DNA of 64,000 nt from Deltaproteobacteria bacterium. GTDB taxonomy: Bacteria > Myxococcota_A > Polyangia > HGW-17. Both the position numbers and the translations under genes were made by a program. Shown piece after piece: positions 55,886 through 64,000 of this stretch; the first letter of the stretch is position 1, and each line of letters begins with the position of its first letter. Where the stretch lies: contig JAFGWM010000032.1 of NCBI GenBank assembly GCA_016937155.1, positions 107,422 to 171,421 of the forward strand, given 5' to 3'. Under the pieces are notes generated by a model. It was not told the DNA's origin, did not search any database, and worked only from the letters and a program-made list of their open reading frames with translations.

Positions 55886-57508
55886 ATGACACATCAGATG
55901 ACCAGACTGGTTCTTCAGTTGGCCGTAATAGTTATTGCTGCAAAGATAATAGGACAGATTTTTGAGAGGTACCTGAAGCAACCCAGAGTTTTGGGTGAGC
56001 TGGCCACAGGTATCCTGATTGGCCCTTACATGCTTGGGCAGTTTAGTATCTCCATATTAAACGGGCCACTTTTTCCCATACCCCCAGGAAGTACATTACC
56101 TGTGAGTCCCGAACTTTATGGGTTTGCAGTTATAGCTTCGATAATACTGCTTTTTCTGGCAGGACTGGAAACAGATCTCTCCACATTTTTACGGTTTGCG
56201 GTGACAGGTACTGCAGTAGGTTTTGGTGGAGTTATTGTTAGTTTTTTAATTGGAGCAGCTCTTACATGGATTTTTATTCCAGGAGTTTCTTCCCTTGTTC
56301 ATCCAACAGCACTGTTTATGGGAACACTGGCAACTGCAACCAGTGTGGGTATTACGGCCAGAATTTTATCGGAAAAAAAGAAAATGTCTTCACCTGAAGG
56401 TGTAACAATTCTGGCAGGGGCAGTATTGGATGATGTTGTGGGTATTGTTGTTCTTGCAGTGGTTGTAGGTATTGTGAAAGTTGAAAAAGCTGGAGGAAGC
56501 CTTGAATGGGGCAGAATAGGTCTTATTGCCGGTAAGGCATTTGGATTCTGGCTTTTATGTACAGTTGTAGGTATTCTGGTTGCTCCAAAAATCAGCAAGT
56601 CTTTAAAATGGTTTAAGAAAGCTGATGCAATTGCCGGGATGAGTCTGGGTTTGGCACTTGTTCTGGCAGGATTGAGTGAAACAGCTGGACTGGCAATGAT
56701 TATAGGTGCCTATATAACAGGTCTTTCCCTTTCCAGAACAGATATAGCATCTCTTATTGAAGAAAAGATGACAGGAATTTATGATTTTTTTGTACCTATT
56801 TTCTTCTGTGTTATGGGAATGATGGTTAATTTCAGTGCAATGAAAGGCATGCTGGTTTTTGGGCTTATTTATACTCTTGGTGCAATAGCCGGAAAGATTT
56901 TTGGATGTGGTATTCCAGCTTTATTCATGGGATTTAACTTACGGGGAGCATATAGAATTGGTGCCGGGATGCTTCCAAGGGGTGAGGTTACTCTGATTGT
57001 TGCCGGAGTTGGTCTCTCAACCGGGGCCATAGGACAGGATCTTTTTGGTGTTGCCATTATGACTCTTTTAATTGCAAGTGTAGTTGCTCCACCGGTTCTT
57101 GTTTCAAGTTTTTCGGGTGGTGATGGATTAAAATCCACTCTCAGGAATGCAAAGAAGGACGAGCAGATCAGTTTTGATATTGATTTGAAAAATGAAACTA
57201 TGGCAGAGTTTATGGCTTCCAGAATACAGACTGCATTTGTGAATGAAGAGTTTTATGTACACAGGCTTCACAGTCACTGGCCACCACTTTACAGGATAAG
57301 GAAAGAGGATATTCTGATAAACATGGTGGTAAACGGAACCAGACTGGAATTTCAGACAAGTCCAGGTAACTCGCAACTGGTAAAACTTATGGTTTTTGAA
57401 GAGATTCTTTCAATGAAGGATTTACTTGATTCTTTTGAGGATCTTAAAACCAGTGAAAATATGGGCACTGAACTTTTATCAGGTCTTTTTGGTTCAATTC
57501 GTCCTTAA
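55886..57508 (+). CDS. Monovalent cation:proton antiporter (CPA2/Kef-type Na+/H+ exchanger family) with a C-terminal soluble domain.
   Basis: ..LGELATGILIGP.. N-terminal exchanger signature, 12-13 TM helices, and a roughly 130-aa C-terminal hydrophilic region. Confidence 0.8.
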   Translation: MTHQMTRLVLQLAVIVIAAKIIGQIFERYLKQPRVLGELATGILIGPYMLGQFSISILNGPLFPIPPGSTLPVSPELYGFAVIASIILLFLAGLETDLSTFLRFAVTGTAVGFGGVIVSFLIGAALTWIFIPGVSSLVHPTALFMGTLATATSVGITARILSEKKKMSSPEGVTILAGAVLDDVVGIVVLAVVVGIVKVEKAGGSLEWGRIGLIAGKAFGFWLLCTVVGILVAPKISKSLKWFKKADAIAGMSLGLALVLAGLSETAGLAMIIGAYITGLSLSRTDIASLIEEKMTGIYDFFVPIFFCVMGMMVNFSAMKGMLVFGLIYTLGAIAGKIFGCGIPALFMGFNLRGAYRIGAGMLPRGEVTLIVAGVGLSTGAIGQDLFGVAIMTLLIASVVAPPVLVSSFSGGDGLKSTLRNAKKDEQISFDIDLKNETMAEFMASRIQTAFVNEEFYVHRLHSHWPPLYRIRKEDILINMVVNGTRLEFQTSPGNSQLVKLMVFEEILSMKDLLDSFEDLKTSENMGTELLSGLFGSIRP

Positions 57509-57568
57509 AGGGATGAAAATTTTTGAGTAGCGAATATCAGAGGGATACCCTCAAATAAGGAGAAAATA

Positions 57569-57889
57569 ATGATAGTTGTTTCAACAGAAACTGTTCCAGG
57601 TTACCGGATTACTGAAGTCAAAGGAATCGTACAGGGAAATACCGTAAGGGCAAAACATGTTGGGCGTGATATCGCAGCCGGATTCAAAAATCTTGTTGGT
57701 GGTGAGTTAAAGGGATATACGGAACTATTGACTGAAGCCAGAAGAGAAGCTCTTGAAAGAATGCTTTCCCAGGCATCTGAACTGGGTGCTAATGCTGTGG
57801 TTAATCTTCGTTTTGCCACCAGTATGATATCAGCTGGTGCTGCAGAAATGATGGCATATGGTACAGCGGTTGTAATGGTTCAGGAGTAA
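57569..57889 (+). CDS. YbjQ/UPF0145 (DUF74) family protein.
   Basis: ..GYRITEVKGIVQGNTVRAKHVGRDIAAGFKNLVGGELKGYTELLTEARREALERM..GANAVVNLRF.. matches the YbjQ pattern. Confidence 0.7.
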   Translation: MIVVSTETVPGYRITEVKGIVQGNTVRAKHVGRDIAAGFKNLVGGELKGYTELLTEARREALERMLSQASELGANAVVNLRFATSMISAGAAEMMAYGTAVVMVQE

Positions 57890-57892
57890 AAG

Positions 57893-58342
57893 ATGGAAGA
57901 ACTGGAATTATTAATTTATTTCAGTGGATTCATATTTCTGTTCCTTCTTGGTCTTATTGTTGGTGGCAGAAATGAAAAGAATCATCTGAAAAAACTTGAT
58001 ATTGAAGAAAAGGAACTTGAGGACATACACTGTTCGGATATTAAATCTTTTCCTGAAGGTGTAAAGCCTGGTTCCACCATAACAGCTGTTTCTGCACAGG
58101 TTGTTATAGCGAACGATTATTTTAAAACACTGGCGGGAAGTCTAAGAAATATTTTTGGTGGTGAGGTTAAAAGTTATGAACTTCTGATTCGCAGAGGGCG
58201 CAGAGAAGCTGTTGTGAGGCTAAAAAAGGAAGCTAGAGAGCTTGGCCTTGATACCATCTGCAATATAAGATTTGAGACTTCCAATATTTCCAATGGTGCA
58301 GAGGTACTGGTTTATGGTACTGCATACGAAAGAAATACATGA
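57893..58342 (+). CDS. Membrane-anchored YbjQ/UPF0145-like protein.
   Basis: An N-terminal TM (LIYFSGFIFLFLLGLIVGG), then ..AGSLRNIFGGEVKSYELLIRRGRREAVVRLKKEARELGLDTICNIRFE.. Confidence 0.6.
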   Translation: MEELELLIYFSGFIFLFLLGLIVGGRNEKNHLKKLDIEEKELEDIHCSDIKSFPEGVKPGSTITAVSAQVVIANDYFKTLAGSLRNIFGGEVKSYELLIRRGRREAVVRLKKEARELGLDTICNIRFETSNISNGAEVLVYGTAYERNT

Positions 58343-59091
58343 AAAAGGTTCCGGATCAAGACAGCGTATTTAATGAGCCTCATATGACCGGAAAACCATT
58401 TGTTCCGGATCCGTCTGAAAAAATTGAATTAGTGGAAAACAGGGACGATTGTGAATTATCTGAGCAGTCTGTATGGGAAGAACCCAATTTCAATGGCGAG
58501 CTGGCTGTAATGCCTCAAGGGGCTAAAACATACGAGTCATGGTTTAAGGCTGGTATTGCCTCCACATCATACAGAAAATCAATTCTGATAACTGTCATGG
58601 TTGCTCTCAGTGCAGGTCCGTGGGCTATAATTGGAGCATTTGCCGGTTTTTCCAGTTACAGTGCCTTTCAGTTTATAAACCTTGTACTTTTTGGCCCTCT
58701 TATGGAAGAAGTGCTGAAAACGGGTGCTCTTTTCTGGGTTGTTGAAAAGAGGCCATTTTTCTTTAAAAGCAAATATCAGATTATTTTTGCAGCGATGATG
58801 GGTGGTCTTATATTTGGAGTAATTGAGAATGTTGTTTACCTTAAAATATATATAGATCAACCAACTGAAAGTATTATCAGGCTAAGATGGATTGTCTGTA
58901 CATCACTGCATACAGGATGCAGTATAATAGCCGGGCTGGGAATTGGACGAATGTGGAAGAGTGCAATGGGAGATTATCATAAACCGGATTTTTCTCTCTG
59001 GTTTCCGTATCTGTTCACAGCTGTTTCAGTTCATGGAGTATACAATGGTTCTGTATTGTTACTGGAGTTGGGGAAAAAATATTTATTTTAA
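58339..59091 (+). CDS. Multi-pass membrane protein, a putative PrsW-family/CPBP-like intramembrane protease.
   Basis: EExxK (..PLMEEVLKTG..) in a TM helix and His-containing ..TSLHTGCS.. and ..SVHGVYNGS.. motifs in later helices. The start overlaps the upstream ybjQ-like gene by 4 bp. Confidence 0.4.
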   Translation: MKKVPDQDSVFNEPHMTGKPFVPDPSEKIELVENRDDCELSEQSVWEEPNFNGELAVMPQGAKTYESWFKAGIASTSYRKSILITVMVALSAGPWAIIGAFAGFSSYSAFQFINLVLFGPLMEEVLKTGALFWVVEKRPFFFKSKYQIIFAAMMGGLIFGVIENVVYLKIYIDQPTESIIRLRWIVCTSLHTGCSIIAGLGIGRMWKSAMGDYHKPDFSLWFPYLFTAVSVHGVYNGSVLLLELGKKYLF

Positions 59092-59102
59092 TCAGGAAAA
59101 AA

Positions 59103-59984
59103 ATGTCAGTAAGATTGTTGATGATTTTTACATTGTTCATAGTTTCATGTGAGTCCAATAATTCAAAAAGCTGTTCAGAAGGCGGCAGTCTCACTTTTAC
59201 TACTTTCAACATTCAGTTTCTTTCAGGGACTGTTGATTCAGGTGAAGTTCCAAGAAGTCTGGAGGATTATGTTGCTATAAATACTCTCCTTGAGTCAACT
59301 GATGCAGATCTGATAACACTGCAGGAAATAGGAGCACTATCTGCTCTGGAGCTTATTACTGAAGATTCTTCAAAATCATGGGGTTATGAAATAGCTATAA
59401 GTGGAGGATCACAGCATGTGGCTATGCTCTATAATACAGAAAAAATTGTTGCAGTTGATAATGTTCATGAACTTACAGTCTCTGATGGTTTGACTCTGGA
59501 TTACTGGAGTGGTGTCAGGTATCCTCTGTATGCAGAGCTTACAACAAAATGGGGGACAGAAATAACTGTAATTGCACTGCATCTTAAAGCTGGTATAGAT
59601 GAATCAGGTGTTTTGCAGAGAGCCAATCAGGTTAATGATATCGTCGAATTTATTTCCGGACTCGGAGAAAGAAATATTATTATAGCTGGAGATCTCAATG
59701 AAACATTTGATGGTATAAGTGAATTTGGAGATACACTGCAGCTTCTTGAAGATGATAACTCCGGTGGGCAGTTTCTGACTTCAGAAATTTCTGAACAGTA
59801 TACATCACTTGAATTTCAGGACCTGATTGATCACATCTGGGTTTCTGATTCCATGTATGAGTTTTATTCAACTGATACAGTGCATGTTCTTCCATTTGAT
59901 ACGGATGCTGAATTTGATAATTTTATCATTAGTGATCATCGACCTGTGGTTGCAGTTTTTGATTTTCCATCGACTTGCAAATAA
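59103..59984 (+). CDS. Endonuclease/exonuclease/phosphatase (EEP) family lipoprotein.
   Basis: Lipobox (FIVSCE). ..FTTFNIQFL.., ..LITLQEIG.., ..IIAGDLNE.. and ..SDHRPVVAVF.. catalytic motifs. Confidence 0.7.
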   Translation: MSVRLLMIFTLFIVSCESNNSKSCSEGGSLTFTTFNIQFLSGTVDSGEVPRSLEDYVAINTLLESTDADLITLQEIGALSALELITEDSSKSWGYEIAISGGSQHVAMLYNTEKIVAVDNVHELTVSDGLTLDYWSGVRYPLYAELTTKWGTEITVIALHLKAGIDESGVLQRANQVNDIVEFISGLGERNIIIAGDLNETFDGISEFGDTLQLLEDDNSGGQFLTSEISEQYTSLEFQDLIDHIWVSDSMYEFYSTDTVHVLPFDTDAEFDNFIISDHRPVVAVFDFPSTCK

Positions 59985-60141
59985 ATTTTATTGAATCGTA
60001 CCGAATTTGTTTTAAATTCAGTGGACGTTTGGGTAAAAATGCCCCAATTTTAGGATGAATTGTGAAAAAAAATACATGATTAGCTCTTTTTACTTGAAAG
60101 AGATGATTTAATTTCTTATCTGAAGTGGGGAGGAGGAACAA

Positions 60142-60720
60142 ATGCAATATCTCCTTTTAGCAATAAATTCAGTTTTTATCGGAAATCTTATTCTCAGTAA
60201 ATTTCTCGGAATATGCCCGTTTTTAGGGGTGTCGAGAAAAGTGTCAACAGCACTGGGAATGTCAATGGCTGTCCTTTTCGTAATGACGATGGCCTCGACT
60301 GTAACCTGGGTTCTGTTTTACACACTCCTGGAACCGTTTGGTCTTGAGTATCTTCGAACCATTGTGTTTATTCTGGTTATAGCTTCCCTTGTTCAGTTGA
60401 CCGAGATGGCAATACAGAAAATTTCCCCTGCACTTTATGAGGCTCTGGGTATTTATCTTCCTCTCATCACTACCAACTGTGCGATTTTAGGTGTTGCCAT
60501 TGATACCATTGAAAAAGGGTATAACTTTGTAGGGATGCTTGTTTATGCAGTATTTGGAGCAATTGGTTTCGCTCTGGCACTTTTATTATTTGCCGGACTG
60601 AGAGAGAGACTTGAGACTTCCGATGTTCCGGATGCGTTTAAAGGTGCAGCATCTTCACTGATTGTTGCTGGAATTCTGTCCCTCGCTTTCATGGGATTTT
60701 CAGGGCTGGTACCGGGGTAA
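60142..60720 (+). CDS. rnfA: Rnf electron transport complex subunit A.
   Basis: ..NLILSKFLGICPFLGVS.. RnfA/NqrE signature and a 6-TM, 192-aa architecture. GGAGGAGG RBS. Confidence 0.9.
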   Translation: MQYLLLAINSVFIGNLILSKFLGICPFLGVSRKVSTALGMSMAVLFVMTMASTVTWVLFYTLLEPFGLEYLRTIVFILVIASLVQLTEMAIQKISPALYEALGIYLPLITTNCAILGVAIDTIEKGYNFVGMLVYAVFGAIGFALALLLFAGLRERLETSDVPDAFKGAASSLIVAGILSLAFMGFSGLVPG

Positions 60721-60724
60721 TATT

Positions 60725-61705
60725 ATGAGTGAAATTTTAACTGCAATACTAGTACTTACAGGCGTTGGCCTCGCAGCGGGTCTTTTACTTTCTTACTTTT
60801 CAAGGGTATTTTATGTTGAGGAGGACCCCCGCATAGATCTCGTGGAAGAAGCCCTTCCAGGTGCAAATTGCGGGGCTTGTGGTATGGCGGGTTGTCGTGA
60901 TTATGCAAAGGCTGTGGCAACAAGTCAGGATGTCCCCGGGTGTCCTGTTGGAGGACCTGAGACCGCTGTCAAGATAGCTGAAATAATGGGCAGTGAAGCA
61001 TCTGAAGTTGAAAAAATGGTAGCTCTGGTAAAGTGTGCCGGTACAATGGAGAGAACTACCAGAAGAGGTGAACTGGTCGGTATTTCAGATTGTAGAAGTG
61101 CTTCCCTTATAGGTGGAAATAAAGAATGCAGGTATGGGTGCCTTGGTTATGGTGACTGTATGTCAGTCTGCCCGGTAAATGCAATAAAGATATATTCAGG
61201 AAATATTGCAGTGGTGGATCCTGATGTATGTATAGGCTGTGGTTTATGTGTAAAAGCATGTCCACTTGGCATTATTGATATGGTTCCTGCATCAAGAACG
61301 ATGCATGTACTTTGTTCATCAAAGGATGCAGGAGCTCAGGTCAAAAAGGCCTGCCAGGTTGGATGTATAGGCTGTAAAATTTGTTCCAGAAAAGACTCTT
61401 CATTTCAGATTGAAGATAATCTGGCAGTTTTTACAGGAACTGAAGGAAATGCAGATGCTCCATTTGTGTGCCCGAATGATGTGATTGTTGACACCAGAGT
61501 TTATAGTGTTCTTTCATTTGTTGAGAGTGAAAAAGCCAGAGAACACTTCACTAATGCAAAGGAAAAATTTAAAACTCTTGAGCGTGAAGAGCGTGCCAGA
61601 ATAGCAGCGGAAAAAAAGGCTGCGTTGGAAAAGGCAAAAAACTCTGAGAAAAAAGATGATGAAAAAATAAAGAAATCTGCTGAAAAGCAGTCAAGGGAGG
61701 ATTGA
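60725..61705 (+). CDS. rnfB: Rnf complex subunit B with a K/E-rich C-terminal tail. Start corrected to the internal ATG at 60725.
   Basis: MSEILTAILVLTGVGLAAG.. N-terminal TM, ..CGACGMAGCRDYA.. and multiple CxxCxxCxxxCP ferredoxin motifs. Confidence 0.85.
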   Translation: MSEILTAILVLTGVGLAAGLLLSYFSRVFYVEEDPRIDLVEEALPGANCGACGMAGCRDYAKAVATSQDVPGCPVGGPETAVKIAEIMGSEASEVEKMVALVKCAGTMERTTRRGELVGISDCRSASLIGGNKECRYGCLGYGDCMSVCPVNAIKIYSGNIAVVDPDVCIGCGLCVKACPLGIIDMVPASRTMHVLCSSKDAGAQVKKACQVGCIGCKICSRKDSSFQIEDNLAVFTGTEGNADAPFVCPNDVIVDTRVYSVLSFVESEKAREHFTNAKEKFKTLEREERARIAAEKKAALEKAKNSEKKDDEKIKKSAEKQSRED

Positions 61706-61706
61706 A

Positions 61707-63035
61707 TTGTCCGGAATTAAATCATTTAATGGTGGAATTCATCCTGCATACAACAAGGATTTGACCAGTGGTTCTGAAACAGTTTTAATGCCGGCTCCGG
61801 AACGACTTGTTGTTCCTGTTGGCCAGCATATCGGTGCTCCGGCAAATCCCGTTGTCAAAAAGGGTGATATAGTAAAATTAGGGCAAATGATAGCAGAGCC
61901 TGGTGGTTTTGTTTCCAGTCCGGTTCATTCTCCAGTCAGCGGAAAAGTTATATCTGTACAGCCTGAGGAACATCCTATGGGAAGCAGGATCATGGCTATC
62001 ACCATTGAAAACGATGGTGAAGATACAATGGTGGAGCATCAGACAATTTCTGAACCATTGGAAAAAGATCCTGATGAGCTAAAGGAAATTGTAAAAAATT
62101 CCGGTATTGTCGGTATGGGCGGTGCTACGTTCCCATCCCATGTAAAACTTTCACCTCCTGCGGACAAGCCTATTGATTTTATTATTCTCAACGGTGCTGA
62201 ATGTGAGCCCTATCTGACTGCGGATCACAGGCTTATGCTGGAAAATCCCGAATCAATAGTATCAGGACTTGAAATTATCAGTCATATCACTGGGGTTAAA
62301 AAGCTTTATATTGGTATTGAAATAAACAAACCGGATGCCATAAAAAAAATCACAAAGGCTCTTGGTAAAAAGGGAACAGTTGTTCCTCTTGCAGTAAAGT
62401 ATCCTCAGGGTGCTGAAAAGCAGTTGATAAAAGCGGTTACCGGGCGGGAAGTTCCCCCAAAACATCTTCCCATGGAAGTCGGAGCAATAGTTTTTAATGT
62501 AGCTACGGCACATGCAATAAATAAGGCTGTGACTGAGGGAATTCCATTGTTTGAGAGGATTGTCACAGTTACCGGCCATGGTGTGCAAAAACCCGGAAAT
62601 TTTCTTGTCCGTACGGGGACAATGGTAAGTGAGGTAGTTGATTTCAGCGGTGGGTACACTGATGATGCAGCACAACTCATTTTGGGTGGTCCCATGATGG
62701 GTAAAAGTAGTGCCACTGACGGTGTTCCGGTTATTAAAGGAACAGGTGGAATTCTTGTTCTCCCATCGGCTGAGATGCTTACGGATGCCTGGGGACCATG
62801 TATCAGATGTGGTATGTGTCTGAGGGCATGCCCCAATCAACAGAATCCACAATTGCTTGGAAATCTAATTGAAAAGGGTCTTTTTGATAAGATTACTGAA
62901 GATAAACTGGAGGAAATTGTACTGGATGACTGTTTTGAATGTGGCAGCTGTACTTTCGTATGTCCGGCTAACAGACCTATTGTTCAGTTTTTCCATATGG
63001 CAAAAGCTTATTTCAGAGCACAGAAGAGAAAATAA
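61707..63035 (+). CDS. rnfC: Rnf complex subunit C (TTG start with a GGGAGG RBS).
   Basis: ..GIVGMGGATFPSHVKL.. and the NADH/FMN-binding RnfC core, with C-terminal ..CIRCGMCLRACP.. and ..CFECGSCTFVCP.. Confidence 0.9.
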   Translation: MSGIKSFNGGIHPAYNKDLTSGSETVLMPAPERLVVPVGQHIGAPANPVVKKGDIVKLGQMIAEPGGFVSSPVHSPVSGKVISVQPEEHPMGSRIMAITIENDGEDTMVEHQTISEPLEKDPDELKEIVKNSGIVGMGGATFPSHVKLSPPADKPIDFIILNGAECEPYLTADHRLMLENPESIVSGLEIISHITGVKKLYIGIEINKPDAIKKITKALGKKGTVVPLAVKYPQGAEKQLIKAVTGREVPPKHLPMEVGAIVFNVATAHAINKAVTEGIPLFERIVTVTGHGVQKPGNFLVRTGTMVSEVVDFSGGYTDDAAQLILGGPMMGKSSATDGVPVIKGTGGILVLPSAEMLTDAWGPCIRCGMCLRACPNQQNPQLLGNLIEKGLFDKITEDKLEEIVLDDCFECGSCTFVCPANRPIVQFFHMAKAYFRAQKRK

Positions 63036-63037
63036 TC

Positions 63038-64000
63038 ATGGAAACGAGATCCTTTAAAGTAAGTTACTCCCCCCATGTTCATAATGGTGCCAGTGTTCAC
63101 AAAATTATGTGGAATGTATTTCTGGCACTGGTTCCGGCAACTGCAGTGAGTGTTTATGCATTCGGTATAAATGCAGTCCGGGTGCTGTTTGTCAGTACTT
63201 TTTTTGCAATATTTTTTGAAGCTTTGGCTCTTCTTATGAGAAAGAGAGACTGGAAACAGTGTTTTGATGGCAGTGCTGCTTTAAGTGGTTTGCTTCTTGG
63301 TCTGACTCTTCCTCCGGGGATATCCACTCCCATAATAATGATTGGCTCTTTTGTTGCCATTATTGTTGCCAAACAGGTATTTGGTGGCATCGGTTCCAAT
63401 CCTTTCAATCCTGCACTCACTGGACGAGTATTTTTACTGATTGCATTTACCGAACCAATGACCACATGGCCTCTTCCAAGAGGTATTGAACAGGCAAAAA
63501 ACTACCTTGGTTTGGCTACTACTAAAACAGCAGATGCAATAACTGCAGCTACACCGCTTGCAGCCATAAAGGAACATGCATCAAAGGCAATGCCCAATGT
63601 CAGTCTAAATGATCTTTTCTTTGGGCTTCATACCCCTGGTTCAATAGGTGAAATCAGTGTTCTGGCGCTACTGATAGGGGCAGCTTGGCTTCTTTATAAA
63701 AAAATTATCACCTGGCATATTCCTGTTTCAACAATATTGACAGTTTTCGTTATAGCAACAATTACCCACTTTTTGAGTCCAGCTAAGTATCCCCATCCAT
63801 TTTTTCATATGTTTGCAGGGGGACTTATAATCGGTGCATTTTTTATGGCAACGGATTATGTTACTGCACCTATATGGCCTATGGGAAAGTTGATTTTTGG
63901 AATTGGTGTGGGATTACTTACCATTGTAATCAGGCTATGGGGGGGGTACCCTGAAGGTATTTCCTTTGCTATTCTAATCATGAATGCAACAACGCCTCTG
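63038..64000 (+). CDS. rnfD: Rnf complex subunit D, truncated by the window end.
   Basis: METRSFKVSYSPHVHNGASVHKIMWNVFLALVPA.. and, near the window end, ..GGYPEGISFAILIMNATTP.. The frame is open to position 64000. Not in the ORF track because no stop lies inside the window. Confidence 0.85.
   Translation, partial: METRSFKVSYSPHVHNGASVHKIMWNVFLALVPATAVSVYAFGINAVRVLFVSTFFAIFFEALALLMRKRDWKQCFDGSAALSGLLLGLTLPPGISTPIIMIGSFVAIIVAKQVFGGIGSNPFNPALTGRVFLLIAFTEPMTTWPLPRGIEQAKNYLGLATTKTADAITAATPLAAIKEHASKAMPNVSLNDLFFGLHTPGSIGEISVLALLIGAAWLLYKKIITWHIPVSTILTVFVIATITHFLSPAKYPHPFFHMFAGGLIIGAFFMATDYVTAPIWPMGKLIFGIGVGLLTIVIRLWGGYPEGISFAILIMNATTPL

Noticed and set aside
62262-62852. Two long minus-strand ORFs (196 and 143 aa) inside rnfC
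   Set aside because: They are antisense to a clearly conserved rnfC frame, and the higher local GC produces long open antisense frames.
1-64000. Search for CRISPR arrays, rRNA or tRNA genes, and IS elements, integrases or transposases
   Set aside because: No regularly spaced direct repeats, no tRNA-like or rRNA-like sequence, and no transposase or integrase-like ORF or terminal inverted repeats were found on either strand.

Overview
This is a 64 kb chromosomal window from an AT-rich bacterial genome (roughly 35-38% GC by eye) with tightly packed genes and several FCB-group-like traits: GldA/F/G-type ABC-2 transporter, TSP3-repeat lipoprotein, and Rnf in rnfABCD order. Most of it is conserved housekeeping. 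Identified genes and operons, in order: recJ(partial)-secF-secD-yajC (minus); dnaG-rpoD; an ECF sigma/zinc anti-sigma pair; dnaK; comEC; phaR-like; PduO-type adenosyltransferase; pssA; hprK-rapZ-ptsH-ptsI (minus); a NuoE/NuoF/NuoG-GltD-type flavin oxidoreductase operon; lgt; gldA/F/G-like ABC transporter; miaA; a REC-GGDEF regulator; recD2; ptsN; a CPA antiporter; two ybjQ-like genes; and rnfABCD (rnfD truncated by the window end). No rRNA, tRNA, CRISPR array, transposase or integrase was recognisable. The accessory-looking content is: (1) a translationally coupled four-gene minus-strand operon at 31829-36829 (coiled-coil/TelA-like protein, unknown protein, P-loop NTPase, GHKL/HATPase-like protein), next to a divergent ArsR-family regulator and carrying an A11 homopolymer near the 5' end of its second gene, which is my best candidate for an undescribed system; (2) a standalone SerRS-family class II catalytic-domain paralog without a tRNA-binding arm; (3) an ECF-sigma/ZAS anti-sigma pair plus two PrsW-family membrane protease homologs; (4) paired lipoproteins sharing a 15-aa C-terminal motif; (5) a Tyr-rich, poly-Arg-tailed lipoprotein; (6) a TSP3-repeat/vWA lipoprotein. 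All calls rest on motif recognition by eye in the supplied translations plus my own reading of both strands; no database search was run.
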